DNA from: a virus
Lineage: Duplodnaviria; Caudoviricetes
Reading direction: 5' to 3' (one strand)
Length of the DNA stretch: 52,591 bases
Virus record (IMG/VR): IMGVR_UViG_3300025391_000002
Span: 1 to 52,591 of that record
The notes beneath the pieces were generated by a model. That model saw nothing but the letters and a program-made list of their open reading frames with translations, was not told where the DNA came from and searched no databases. Both the position numbers and the translations under genes were made by a program. Positions 18,433 to 27,944 of the stretch are shown in pieces; the stretch's first letter is position 1, and every line of letters begins with the position of its first letter.

Positions 18433-19437
18433 CTAATTTGGTTGGCTTACACAGTATATTCCCTCTTCTTGTGCGCATGACCTGCCTGTACCGCTGTAAA
18501 ACCAAGTTCTATCTGATTTTGTATTTGTTTCAAGTTCGCCTGTTCCACCACTAATAGATGGAAGAGAGCCATTATAAGTCCAATTGTTACAATTTTTGAT
18601 AACACCCCAATTGTTTTGTATAGTCCCAGTCCATACATTTATAGGGGCTTTATTTGTTCTGAAAATTGAATTCTCTAAACTTTCTGCAAGGTATTCATCT
18701 GTAGCTAAAGCTACTTTGGTTTGTGCATCAAAGCGATAATATACTTTACCAGAAATTGTTGCTGGATTATTTAGTATCATACCTTTATAGGATTTTTTCT
18801 TATACCGATCAGACATCGGAGAAAAGCCTTTCCATCCTTTACTTTCTGCATATGATTGACACCAAGCATCTACTACTTGATTTACAGATTGACCGGGACT
18901 TTTACTTGCAAAATCACCTTTTCGAATATCTTGCTCTGTATAAAATATAATATTTCCTGCAACCACTTTAAATGTTAATTTTGTCGTGCTTACTAAATTT
19001 GTATTACTTTGTATAGCTAAAGAAATCTCGCCTAAATTGGCACTTTCAGCTATTGTCACATTTATATTACAATATCCGTCACTACTTATAATGCATTCGT
19101 CTGATTCATAAATAAGACCAGTATTACTGGTGACTAATTTGATTTTATTTTCTGTATAAATTATAGCTGGGTTATCCAAAGTAGCTTTGATTGTAAAAGA
19201 CTCACCTGTTTCATACTCATTTGGTGATTCTTTAGAATACCAAGCGTGAGAAATCATATCAATCTTAATCTTTGGTTTATTAGGGTATGAGATTAATGTT
19301 GAGTCCGATTCTAATGTAGTAGGTTTATTTAATTGTAAATCCGATTCCGTTTGAATTACACTCTTTTTTTGATTGTTTCCAACGTTACACCCAATTAACA
19401 AACAAGAAAAAAACACTACTGTTATTAATTTTTTCAT
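18433..19437 (-). CDS. Lipoprotein with a C-terminal DUF1554-like (endostatin/C-lectin-like) domain; moron
   Basis: Lipobox LIGC; DAWC...VWTG...NCNNWT...SC...IYCVSQ pattern. Confidence 0.75.
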   Translation of the reverse strand: MKKLITVVFFSCLLIGCNVGNNQKKSVIQTESDLQLNKPTTLESDSTLISYPNKPKIKIDMISHAWYSKESPNEYETGESFTIKATLDNPAIIYTENKIKLVTSNTGLIYESDECIISSDGYCNINVTIAESANLGEISLAIQSNTNLVSTTKLTFKVVAGNIIFYTEQDIRKGDFASKSPGQSVNQVVDAWCQSYAESKGWKGFSPMSDRYKKKSYKGMILNNPATISGKVYYRFDAQTKVALATDEYLAESLENSIFRTNKAPINVWTGTIQNNWGVIKNCNNWTYNGSLPSISGGTGELETNTKSDRTWFYSGTGRSCAQEEGIYCVSQPN

Positions 19438-19721
19438 TTTAAACTTTCTAATAAAAATTATCTTACCATTATATTTATTACTTTTGGTTCAGGTAGTTGG
19501 CTGGTAGAATTAATTCCCTACCCCTTAAATAATTAAAAAGTAAGTATATAATTCTGATTACTTCCGTATGCAGTATAGCAGTCAGTATAATCATTGATTA
19601 ATACTTTTTTATCCTCGCCATTAATCAAGGTCTGTAACGACCACCAATCCACGCGATGTAAAGTTAATTGAGTTTTTATTTATGCTGAGTTGCTCTTCGC
19701 AATGCTGAGACTTAAGAAAAG

Positions 19722-19846
19722 AAAAACCCTTATTCAATCCACTACAATGAATAAGGGCTTTTGGTGAAAAAGTCTTTGTTATCATCTGATAGTGGCAGAA
19801 TTATTTAACTGACGATAGTATAACCGAATTAAATTCTAAAATGCAA
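19722..19846 (-). promoter_or_regulatory. Moron promoter and leader terminator/attenuator
   Basis: TTGCAT-18 bp-TATACT; CCCTTATTCA/TGAATAAGGG stem plus T run; loop TAGTGG is complementary to upstream CCACTA. Confidence 0.6.
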
Positions 19847-19933
19847 ATTTATTTTTAAAAATAAACAAAATTTATTTAATAACTTCAATTTTATGATATA
19901 CTACGCCGTACATATAACTTTTTAGGAAATATA

Positions 19934-20413
19934 ATGGAAAAAAATTTATTAACAAAAGAAGAAATGGTTAAAGTAAAAATGAATGCTTTAATTACTCCAA
20001 TTATGAAATATAATGCTACAACTAAAAAACATGAATTTGTTGGTGATGTTGATATGCGTCATGAATTAGCTAAGATTTATGATGAAGAAGGTGACACTGA
20101 ATCTGAAACTAAAAAACTTAGACAATCTCATTCAAGGCTATTTACTCTTAAACAAGCTGTAGAATATGTACAAAATAAAACAGGTAGAACATTTTACAAT
20201 AAAGATGAAATTGTTGAAATGAGCAAAAAAGATTCTGAGTTTTATTTAAATAATTTTTGTGGTGGTATTTTAGAATTAAGAATTGATAATAAAAATGTTC
20301 AAACACAACATAAATATAATATTGATGGCGAAGCTAGAATGTATAAAAATACAGAACTTGCACGATATGAAAGAGAACATAAATCTCTTCCTTATGGTGA
20401 ACTAATATCATAA
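19934..20413 (+). CDS. Hypothetical protein in the head region
   Basis: AGGA RBS; extended -10 promoter TGaTATACT upstream. Confidence 0.7.
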   Translation: MEKNLLTKEEMVKVKMNALITPIMKYNATTKKHEFVGDVDMRHELAKIYDEEGDTESETKKLRQSHSRLFTLKQAVEYVQNKTGRTFYNKDEIVEMSKKDSEFYLNNFCGGILELRIDNKNVQTQHKYNIDGEARMYKNTELARYEREHKSLPYGELIS

Positions 20414-20420
20414 TTAATTA

Positions 20421-20447
20421 ATGCAGCTTTACGGCTGCATTTTTTTA
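20421..20447 (+). terminator. Intrinsic terminator
   Basis: ATGCAGC-TTTACG-GCTGCAT plus T run. Confidence 0.75.
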
Positions 20448-20481
20448 TGGTATAATATCACAAATATAAAAGGATTATATC

Positions 20482-21093
20482 ATGTCGAATTATTCTCCAC
20501 AATTTACAAATTCCGAGCAAGTAAAAATTTATTTACAAGGCAAAGCATTTAATAATAATAAACAACAATTAAATAATTTAAATTCTTCACAAGTAGATAG
20601 TTTAAACGATCAAATTTTAAATAAATTTATTGTTGATGCAGAATCAGAAGTACAATTAGATTTATCGAGACAATTTGTTATTCCTTTAACTAATTCTAAT
20701 AACCAACCATTTAATACATGTCCTCAACAAACACAATTAATAATTTCACGCATGGCAACTTGGATGAGTTGTATTATTATATTAAAAGTATATTTTGGCA
20801 AAAGTGAAGGCGTTAGAGGTGGATCATATGTTGATTATTGTATAGAAGAATATCAAAGATTAAAATTTGCAGTAACTGGAATTAATGAACATGGTCAATA
20901 TATACAACCTCCATTACAAAATCTTTTATTAAATTCTCATGCATCTTATAGATCTGCTGCTGGTGCTCCTGCACCATTAAGTGTAGGTATAGGGGTTGGA
21001 TCAAGAGATAATGCTGCACAAAGCAGGCGTAAACTTGTTGATTTAAATAAAAGTATATATTGGGGATATGGAACATTTAATAGAGGTTGGTAA
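20482..21093 (+). CDS. Head-tail adaptor (Mu gp36-like)
   Basis: IVDAESEVQLDLSRQFVIPL motif; position. Confidence 0.65.
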   Translation: MSNYSPQFTNSEQVKIYLQGKAFNNNKQQLNNLNSSQVDSLNDQILNKFIVDAESEVQLDLSRQFVIPLTNSNNQPFNTCPQQTQLIISRMATWMSCIIILKVYFGKSEGVRGGSYVDYCIEEYQRLKFAVTGINEHGQYIQPPLQNLLLNSHASYRSAAGAPAPLSVGIGVGSRDNAAQSRRKLVDLNKSIYWGYGTFNRGW

Positions 21094-21497
21094 TGGATTA
21101 TAATAGAATTATACAAAATACCATGGATCAATTATGCAATGAATTATTAAATGAAAAACAAAGTTATTTTAGTAAAAAAGGCAGACCTGATCAATCTTGG
21201 CGACCACTAAAAGAAACTACCATATCGAAAAAAAAATATTTAGAAAGTGTGGGACATAATTTACCTGGCACTGCTACAAGTTTTAATATTGGTACTGGCA
21301 CATTAAAAAATAGTTTACAAGTAACTTGGGAAGTAATACCAGGTGGTGTAAGAATTAGAGCTTGGTCAACAGATGATCCAGCTCTTGTAAGTTATTTAAC
21401 AAAATTTTTAGGCCGTGATTTTTTAGAATTTACGAATAAAAACGTACAAGATATAGCTGAAAGATTTATAACTTTATTTAAAAAGAATATACAATGA
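21087..21497 (+). CDS. Tail completion/virion morphogenesis protein (Mu gpG-like)
   Basis: WRPLKETTISKK...GTLKNSL...RDFL. Confidence 0.7.
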   Translation: MVMDYNRIIQNTMDQLCNELLNEKQSYFSKKGRPDQSWRPLKETTISKKKYLESVGHNLPGTATSFNIGTGTLKNSLQVTWEVIPGGVRIRAWSTDDPALVSYLTKFLGRDFLEFTNKNVQDIAERFITLFKKNIQ

Positions 21498-22153
21498 ATC
21501 CAACATATGATTATGTTAAATTTTTACCTAGAAATAGAATTATTCCTTCTACAGTACAAGCTTTATTAAATAGTTCTTATGTTACTGGGTTGGTAGGTAA
21601 CAATATTTATGGATATTATAGAGATGATAATAGAATTGATTTATTACCTTCTTTAAGTGTATATCATGGTCAGTTAAATTCACCTGACAGTTATGATAGA
21701 ATTGTAGGAACTATTATAATTGATGTTTATGATTCATTAGACATAACCAGAGAAAATACTACTCAAAGTGTAGATACTTTGTTAGAAGTATTACGAACCA
21801 CTATTCAAAACCCTAATTTTTTTGAAATGGTATCATTAAATCAATTTGATTATAACAATACTATTAGTATGTTTCAAAATGATTTTGATAAAAATGAATT
21901 TAATAAAGCATTAAGAAACTATAATCCATTGGTGCGTTATGGTATTGAATATAATTGTGAACAACCAACATTTTTAAATCCATTAGAAATTGGTGATTGT
22001 CAACGAGTTAGAAATACTTTTAAATATTGGATTAATACTCAAGCTTATGAAATTTTCTTGGAGTTATTAGGTGTTAATGCTAGAAATGATCCCAATGCAA
22101 TAGTATATCCATTATGGGAACAATTTAATTTAAATATGGAACAAATTAGTTAA
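21494..22153 (+). CDS. Putative tail terminator protein
   Basis: LPSLSVY motif; directly before the sheath. Confidence 0.5.
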   Translation: MNPTYDYVKFLPRNRIIPSTVQALLNSSYVTGLVGNNIYGYYRDDNRIDLLPSLSVYHGQLNSPDSYDRIVGTIIIDVYDSLDITRENTTQSVDTLLEVLRTTIQNPNFFEMVSLNQFDYNNTISMFQNDFDKNEFNKALRNYNPLVRYGIEYNCEQPTFLNPLEIGDCQRVRNTFKYWINTQAYEIFLELLGVNARNDPNAIVYPLWEQFNLNMEQIS

Positions 22154-22196
22154 AATTTTCACTTATTTGCATTATATTTTTTATTATGATATACTC
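22150..22196 (+). promoter_or_regulatory. Late promoter, copy B
   Basis: TTGCAT...TGaTATACT; 39 bp identical to copy A. Confidence 0.75.
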
Positions 22197-22225
22197 GCTT
22201 ATAATAATTTTAAAGGTATAAAGTT

Positions 22226-24562
22226 ATGGCAGCTAACAGCTTTAATTACAAATCTCAAATACCTGGTGGAACACAAATTGATAATTCTCAAAATATTCCA
22301 TCACAGGTAACACCTGCTTTACAAAATGCAAGTTTTTTGTACGGCAATCGTAGGCCATTAATTAATGTAACATTTAATGGAACAACTGCTAATGGTTCAC
22401 AAGTTATTACGGCAGTAAATACATTAATTGTTGCTAAATTATATGTAGGATTACCCATATCAGGAATTGGGGTTCCATCAGGAAGTGTTATTATTAGTTT
22501 ATATAATGATACTATAACAATAAGTCAAGCAGCAACAGCATCTGCTACAGTAGCACTTACTTGTACTGAAATTAGTTTACCAATTCCCATGCCATTGTCT
22601 GGTTATCCATCTTATAGTTATTATCAAACTTATCAATTGCCAATAAATTTAATTACTTCACCTGATAGTTTATTATCATGGTTTGCAAGTTCTGGTTATG
22701 AAGTAAATTTTGGCAATTCTGGAACTCAAGTATTAAACAATATTGTTGCTTATACTCCCAGCCCTGCTGTTCCTGGTAATGTATCTTTATATTTTGCAGG
22801 TCAATCATTAAATATTTCTTCATTGGCAAATTCAGTAATTAGTGGATTGTGTTCAATATCAGGAACATCAATTGATGCTTCGTTAGTATCAATTACAACT
22901 GGATCTTATAATCCAAATGTAACAACTGAATTTACTTGTGATACTGATGGAACAACAGGTGTATTAACAAATTTAAGTATTAATTCTTCTTTATTAACAA
23001 TTGGTTCAAATATAGTTGGTGCAGGTATTCCTGCTAATTCAGTAATTATTAGCATTAATTCTTCAACATCAATTACAATTGATAATGATACTACAATTGA
23101 TGCAACCGATGTAGAAGTAACTTACACATCTGTAAATACTGTGGCTTGTGATACTGTTATAGTTATTAATTCAGCAAGTTATATTAATTTACAAATAAAT
23201 CAAAATTTAACTATTAATTATATTCAAGAATCAGGTAATCCCGATATTAATCGTACTGAACCATTTATTATGAATTTATGGCAAGCTTCATTAGCAATGA
23301 CTAATATGAATGGTATTAATACTAATGCCACAGTTGGTGCACCTAATTTATATTTTGCAATTTTACCTAATGCTGCTGATACTAATTATTATGGTCCTAC
23401 TGATGATAATATGCCTATGGGTGTTTCTCCATCTTCTGTTGCTACTGCATTGGGATTAACAACAATAACAATACCAATAACATCTAATTATGCTAGTTTT
23501 GTTCCTTTTACTACTTTAGGTAATACAACTATTACACAAGCTACAAGTAATGCAACAGGAACTGTATTTCAATCAGTAATTAACGGTTCTAATTTGCAAA
23601 TTCAATTAAATAATGTAATAGGAACTTTTAACACTACTAATAATATTACTTTACAATTAGACAATACAATTACTATTTATAATTTGCAACAAACATATTT
23701 TGCTAATTATAAACAATCATTACGTACATTTCCTTGTATTTATGAAATATTTAATGCAACGGATGTAACTAATATTTTACAACCATTAGCAACTTATGTG
23801 CAAAATCTTAATTTACCAGTTACAGCAAATAATGGTCAAGGTAATTGTTCGGTAATGTATGGCAATCAAACTTATACACCACAACAAGCATTAACTTTAA
23901 TGCCTAAAGCATTTAATAATCAATATTACGATGGTTTATATATTAATTATGTACAACGTGCTGGTGTTGTTGTAAGATCATTTGCACAATCTATTTGTGC
24001 TTTAGCTGCTGTATTTGCAAGTAATAATTATCCATTTAATCCATTAAATTTAATTGAATTAGCAGGTTTTGATAATTCAACAAATCAATCAGATTGGATT
24101 GATACATCTATTGGTGGTGTAGCTGATCAATTAACACAAGAAGGTTTAAGCGTAGTTGCTACAAATGCAACAGGGCAATATTTAATGTTAGGACGTACTA
24201 CACAAACAACTATTAATGGTGTTCCTAATACTGAGTTTTATCCAACTTATGTGATGGATACAGGGAATTATTTAAGATTGCAAGTGTATCAAATTTGTCA
24301 AAATAATGGTGTTGGCCAAGTAAGACAAAATGATATTACTTTAAAATCAATTAATCAAGCATTGGTAAATTTACAAAATCAAATGGGCGAAAATGGGGAT
24401 AGAATATTAGCAAATGTTGTTACTACTAGAAATTTAATTACTGTAACTAATAGTACTCAAAACCCTTTAGGAATTAATATTTATTTTCCTTATCAGCAAA
24501 ATCCAGGCTTAAATTCTGTTTATGCCACTTTGGTAAATTATAGTATTAATTATGTATTTTAG
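22226..24562 (+). CDS. Tail sheath protein with large insertions
   Basis: C-terminal PFNPLNLIEL, GRTTQTT, PYQQNPGL resemble Mu-type sheath; precedes the tube gene. Confidence 0.75.
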   Translation: MAANSFNYKSQIPGGTQIDNSQNIPSQVTPALQNASFLYGNRRPLINVTFNGTTANGSQVITAVNTLIVAKLYVGLPISGIGVPSGSVIISLYNDTITISQAATASATVALTCTEISLPIPMPLSGYPSYSYYQTYQLPINLITSPDSLLSWFASSGYEVNFGNSGTQVLNNIVAYTPSPAVPGNVSLYFAGQSLNISSLANSVISGLCSISGTSIDASLVSITTGSYNPNVTTEFTCDTDGTTGVLTNLSINSSLLTIGSNIVGAGIPANSVIISINSSTSITIDNDTTIDATDVEVTYTSVNTVACDTVIVINSASYINLQINQNLTINYIQESGNPDINRTEPFIMNLWQASLAMTNMNGINTNATVGAPNLYFAILPNAADTNYYGPTDDNMPMGVSPSSVATALGLTTITIPITSNYASFVPFTTLGNTTITQATSNATGTVFQSVINGSNLQIQLNNVIGTFNTTNNITLQLDNTITIYNLQQTYFANYKQSLRTFPCIYEIFNATDVTNILQPLATYVQNLNLPVTANNGQGNCSVMYGNQTYTPQQALTLMPKAFNNQYYDGLYINYVQRAGVVVRSFAQSICALAAVFASNNYPFNPLNLIELAGFDNSTNQSDWIDTSIGGVADQLTQEGLSVVATNATGQYLMLGRTTQTTINGVPNTEFYPTYVMDTGNYLRLQVYQICQNNGVGQVRQNDITLKSINQALVNLQNQMGENGDRILANVVTTRNLITVTNSTQNPLGINIYFPYQQNPGLNSVYATLVNYSINYVF

Positions 24563-24574
24563 TTAGGATTAATT

Positions 24575-25021
24575 ATGGCAGTTAGAGGCGGATATTTTGA
24601 ACGGGTATTAATTTTATTTAATAATAATATTAATTTAGAACAAGATGTTGTTGGTAAAGCAACTACAAGCGGAGACCAACAAGTTAATGCTGTAGGTACA
24701 ATGACATCCAATCATTTAAATAGTGGGTTTGTCCGAGGCAATGCTCAATATTCACTTAATTTAAGTATATTTCAAACAAGCAACGGAAAACCTATTGATT
24801 TTACTTCTATAGATTATGATAATACTTTAGTAACTGTAGCTTTATATTGCCCAGCAGGACAATTTGGTTCAAATGTATTTGCTGGAAGTAAAAAATATTT
24901 ATTATGTACAGGTTTATATTTATCAACAAATGATGAATTGGAAGCAACAGGAGTTGGTCAACCTGTAACAAGTAATTATAATTTTAAATGCATAAATCAA
25001 GAATGGGTAAGTAATATTTAA
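24575..25021 (+). CDS. Tail tube protein
   Basis: 148-aa beta-rich protein after the sheath. Confidence 0.7.
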   Translation: MAVRGGYFERVLILFNNNINLEQDVVGKATTSGDQQVNAVGTMTSNHLNSGFVRGNAQYSLNLSIFQTSNGKPIDFTSIDYDNTLVTVALYCPAGQFGSNVFAGSKKYLLCTGLYLSTNDELEATGVGQPVTSNYNFKCINQEWVSNI

Positions 25022-25036
25022 TTTTGGAAATAATAA

Positions 25037-25771
25037 ATGAATGATATATTTTCTACAGAAAATGCAAAAGAAGCATTATCTAAACATTTAGGTTCATTAG
25101 ATGATTACATTAAAAGTGATAATAAATTATCTAGTAACGAAGATGTGTTAAGATCTAAAGTTAGTTCTATTGATTATAATAAATTAATAAACATAAATGA
25201 AGGTGTGCGTAAAATTCATTATGTTTCATATGGTAAAGAACAAAAAATACCTATGAGATTATTAGGTATTAAAGAAAATAGAATTCTTTTACAACAAACT
25301 TACGTATGGAATAAAGAAAATCCTTGTTTTGTCGGTGGGGAAGATAATTCTGAATTTCAAAAACAATTACTTATTAAAAAACTTAGTTTAGCGACATCTC
25401 CTGCACCCGAATTATCTGATGATAAATATAGATATTTTACAGAAGATCAATTAGAAAATTGTCCTGAATTTGTTTTAACTGGTTTAGCTCAACAATATGA
25501 TCAATTAATTAAACAATACAATCCTTATTTAAGTAAACAATTTGAAGATGAAATAAATTTTGTATTAATAGCATTATTTGATGGAGAACCCATCAACGAA
25601 AAAAAGTTGACGCTTATGGGTTCTTTAAGCTCACTTCAGCTATCTCTAATTATCGTCAAATTATGCAAGACGATTATGTCACTGAAGGACAATGCTCAAT
25701 TTTTCAGCTTGCTCAACGAATCGAGTCAGAACGAAAAAGAAGAGAATTACAAAAACTCTGATAAATCTTAA
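25037..25771 (+). CDS. Tail assembly chaperone with a -1 frameshift site
   Basis: Between tube and tape measure; in-frame A AAA AAG at 25600-25606; -1 frame open to 25761. Confidence 0.7.
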   Translation: MNDIFSTENAKEALSKHLGSLDDYIKSDNKLSSNEDVLRSKVSSIDYNKLININEGVRKIHYVSYGKEQKIPMRLLGIKENRILLQQTYVWNKENPCFVGGEDNSEFQKQLLIKKLSLATSPAPELSDDKYRYFTEDQLENCPEFVLTGLAQQYDQLIKQYNPYLSKQFEDEINFVLIALFDGEPINEKKLTLMGSLSSLQLSLIIVKLCKTIMSLKDNAQFFSLLNESSQNEKEENYKNSDKS

Positions 25772-25785
25772 ATAAAGGTTTTGGT

Positions 25786-27522
25786 ATGAGCGGTAATACT
25801 ATTGATATTTTATTCAATGCAAGTGGTAATAACGACAATACCAAAACTGATCAATTAATAAAAGCTTTAAATAATTTTGAAAGCATTTTAACTAAATTTA
25901 CTGAAACTTCTAAAAATTATGCTGGTGGAAACCCTAATCTTAATAACACAAAAACTTTTGTTAATGAGATTCAAACAGCAATAAAAAACTCAAATGATAA
26001 ACAAAATTCATACAAAGCATCACCATTCCCTAATAACACAGCAATATCTGGTTTAAAAAATGATTATAGAGATCATTTATTTAAAAACGAAAGTGAACAA
26101 CCAAAATTTCAAAAAGATGCTTTAAGCAGGGCTACCTCTGAAGGAATTAAAAGAGGTGTAAAAGATAGTGGATTAGAATCATTATTTAAAGTAAGTATTG
26201 CTGGATTTGTTGGAAAACAAATTGTATCTGGAGTTGGCAACTATTATGGTTATCAAACTCAAATAGGAAGCTCTGGGCTAGTTAATCCGCTTACCAGTGG
26301 GGGTAACTACGGCACATTATCTGCAAACGCTCTATTAGCTTCTAAACAACAAGAAAATTCATTAGGTACTACTATTGCTACAATTGGTGGTGGAGCATTA
26401 GGTGCATTTTTTGGACCACCAGGAATATTAGCAGGAAGTGCAATAGGATATGGCCTAGGATCAATAGTTTCTTCTGTATCAAATTCTACAGCTCAATTAA
26501 AAGCACAAGCTAGATCTGATGCAATTAATCAAAGAATTAACAATTTATCTTTAATTGGTACAAATGCAAATGTTTCTGGTTTAATTGGTCAAGTAACGGG
26601 ATTAAACGGTAAAAAATTAAATGCAACTACTAATAATCCACAAGATTTATTTAATCCTTTATTACCTATTGCCACAGAAATATCTAAAGGGGTTGGAACA
26701 TATAAACGTAATTTTGAAGCTATGGATATGCTTACTAAATATGCGGTTAGTGCTAATCTTCCATTGCAAGAATTATCTAAATTAGGTAGTTCTGCTGCTA
26801 TGCTTAATTTAAACGGAACTCAATTAACAAATGCTGCTAATTTAGCTTCTGGTGCAGGTGTAGGCCTGACCGATTTAAATATAAGAACATTAATGTTTCA
26901 ACAAGGTGGTTTGTCTATTGATGCAGCTCAGCGTGCAGCTGCTGGTTCATTTAGTAATACAGGTTCATATCAAGCTAAAGAACAAGAATTTTATGGCGGA
27001 ACTAAATTAAATCAAATTACAACAAGATTATATGCTCAAGCAATTGGTCTTGATGCTGATGCTTTATATAATCCAAATAGTCCAAATCATGCAGCACAAA
27101 TGAAAAAAGCATATGCTATGCAAAATAATGGCATTCCTGGTGCTGCAATGATAGCTCCTTTATTTAGTCAAAGCGATTTTAATCCAAATAATTTATCAGG
27201 AATGGGAATAAAATCTGGTAATGCTAGAATGGGTGTGGAAAGCAATATTGCTGATATGTTAAATGCTAATCAACAAAATAAAACAAATGCATTAACGGAT
27301 AAAGATGTTGCAAACAATGTTACTGCCACTATGTCTAAATTTACAGATAGCGTATTAGGCAGTAATTCAAGTTTAGATGGTTTTAAATCTGCACTTGTAG
27401 AAGTTACTTCTGTATTACAAAATATGCAAAATGTAGGGCGTGCCTTTATAAGTGGCGGAAGTTTTATGACAAGTGGTGCTACATCTTCTGTATTGGACTA
27501 TGGAAACAAAGGTGCAAAGTAA
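25786..27522 (+). CDS. Tape measure protein
   Basis: A/G/S-rich helical protein with a GGGALGAFFGPPG TM-like segment; position. Confidence 0.75.
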   Translation: MSGNTIDILFNASGNNDNTKTDQLIKALNNFESILTKFTETSKNYAGGNPNLNNTKTFVNEIQTAIKNSNDKQNSYKASPFPNNTAISGLKNDYRDHLFKNESEQPKFQKDALSRATSEGIKRGVKDSGLESLFKVSIAGFVGKQIVSGVGNYYGYQTQIGSSGLVNPLTSGGNYGTLSANALLASKQQENSLGTTIATIGGGALGAFFGPPGILAGSAIGYGLGSIVSSVSNSTAQLKAQARSDAINQRINNLSLIGTNANVSGLIGQVTGLNGKKLNATTNNPQDLFNPLLPIATEISKGVGTYKRNFEAMDMLTKYAVSANLPLQELSKLGSSAAMLNLNGTQLTNAANLASGAGVGLTDLNIRTLMFQQGGLSIDAAQRAAAGSFSNTGSYQAKEQEFYGGTKLNQITTRLYAQAIGLDADALYNPNSPNHAAQMKKAYAMQNNGIPGAAMIAPLFSQSDFNPNNLSGMGIKSGNARMGVESNIADMLNANQQNKTNALTDKDVANNVTATMSKFTDSVLGSNSSLDGFKSALVEVTSVLQNMQNVGRAFISGGSFMTSGATSSVLDYGNKGAK

Positions 27523-27557
27523 AAGGCTCCAATGATGGAGCAAAATCTATAAAAAAA

Positions 27558-27944
27558 ATGATAGATAAAATTAATAAAAATTATGGTTATATTATAGAAG
27601 AAGCTCATAAAAAATATCCACATATATCATCAAAAATGATTGGATTAATAATTGGTTTAGAATCATCGGGAAATAAACACGCTAATTCAGGTAAAGCGAT
27701 GGGATTAACTCAGCTTACACCTAGTACAGCACGTGATTTAGGAGTACATAATATTTATGATCCTAAAGAAAACATTATGGGTGGTACTAAATATTTAAAT
27801 CAATTAAATACACGTTATCATGGCGATACTGATAAAATGCTAGCAGCTTACAATGCTGGATCATCTAGAGTTGATAGCGGAAAAACATTACCTAAAGAAA
27901 CTCGTGATTATATTGCACGGTATCATAACATGGAGAATAAATAA
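27558..27944 (+). CDS. Lytic transglycosylase (SLT domain)
   Basis: ESSGN, AMGLTQL, AAYNAG, ETRDY. Confidence 0.92.
   Translation: MIDKINKNYGYIIEEAHKKYPHISSKMIGLIIGLESSGNKHANSGKAMGLTQLTPSTARDLGVHNIYDPKENIMGGTKYLNQLNTRYHGDTDKMLAAYNAGSSRVDSGKTLPKETRDYIARYHNMENK

Noticed and set aside
18433-19437. Lectin-like domain as a diversity-generating retroelement target
   Set aside because: No reverse transcriptase and no template-repeat copy were seen in the genome.
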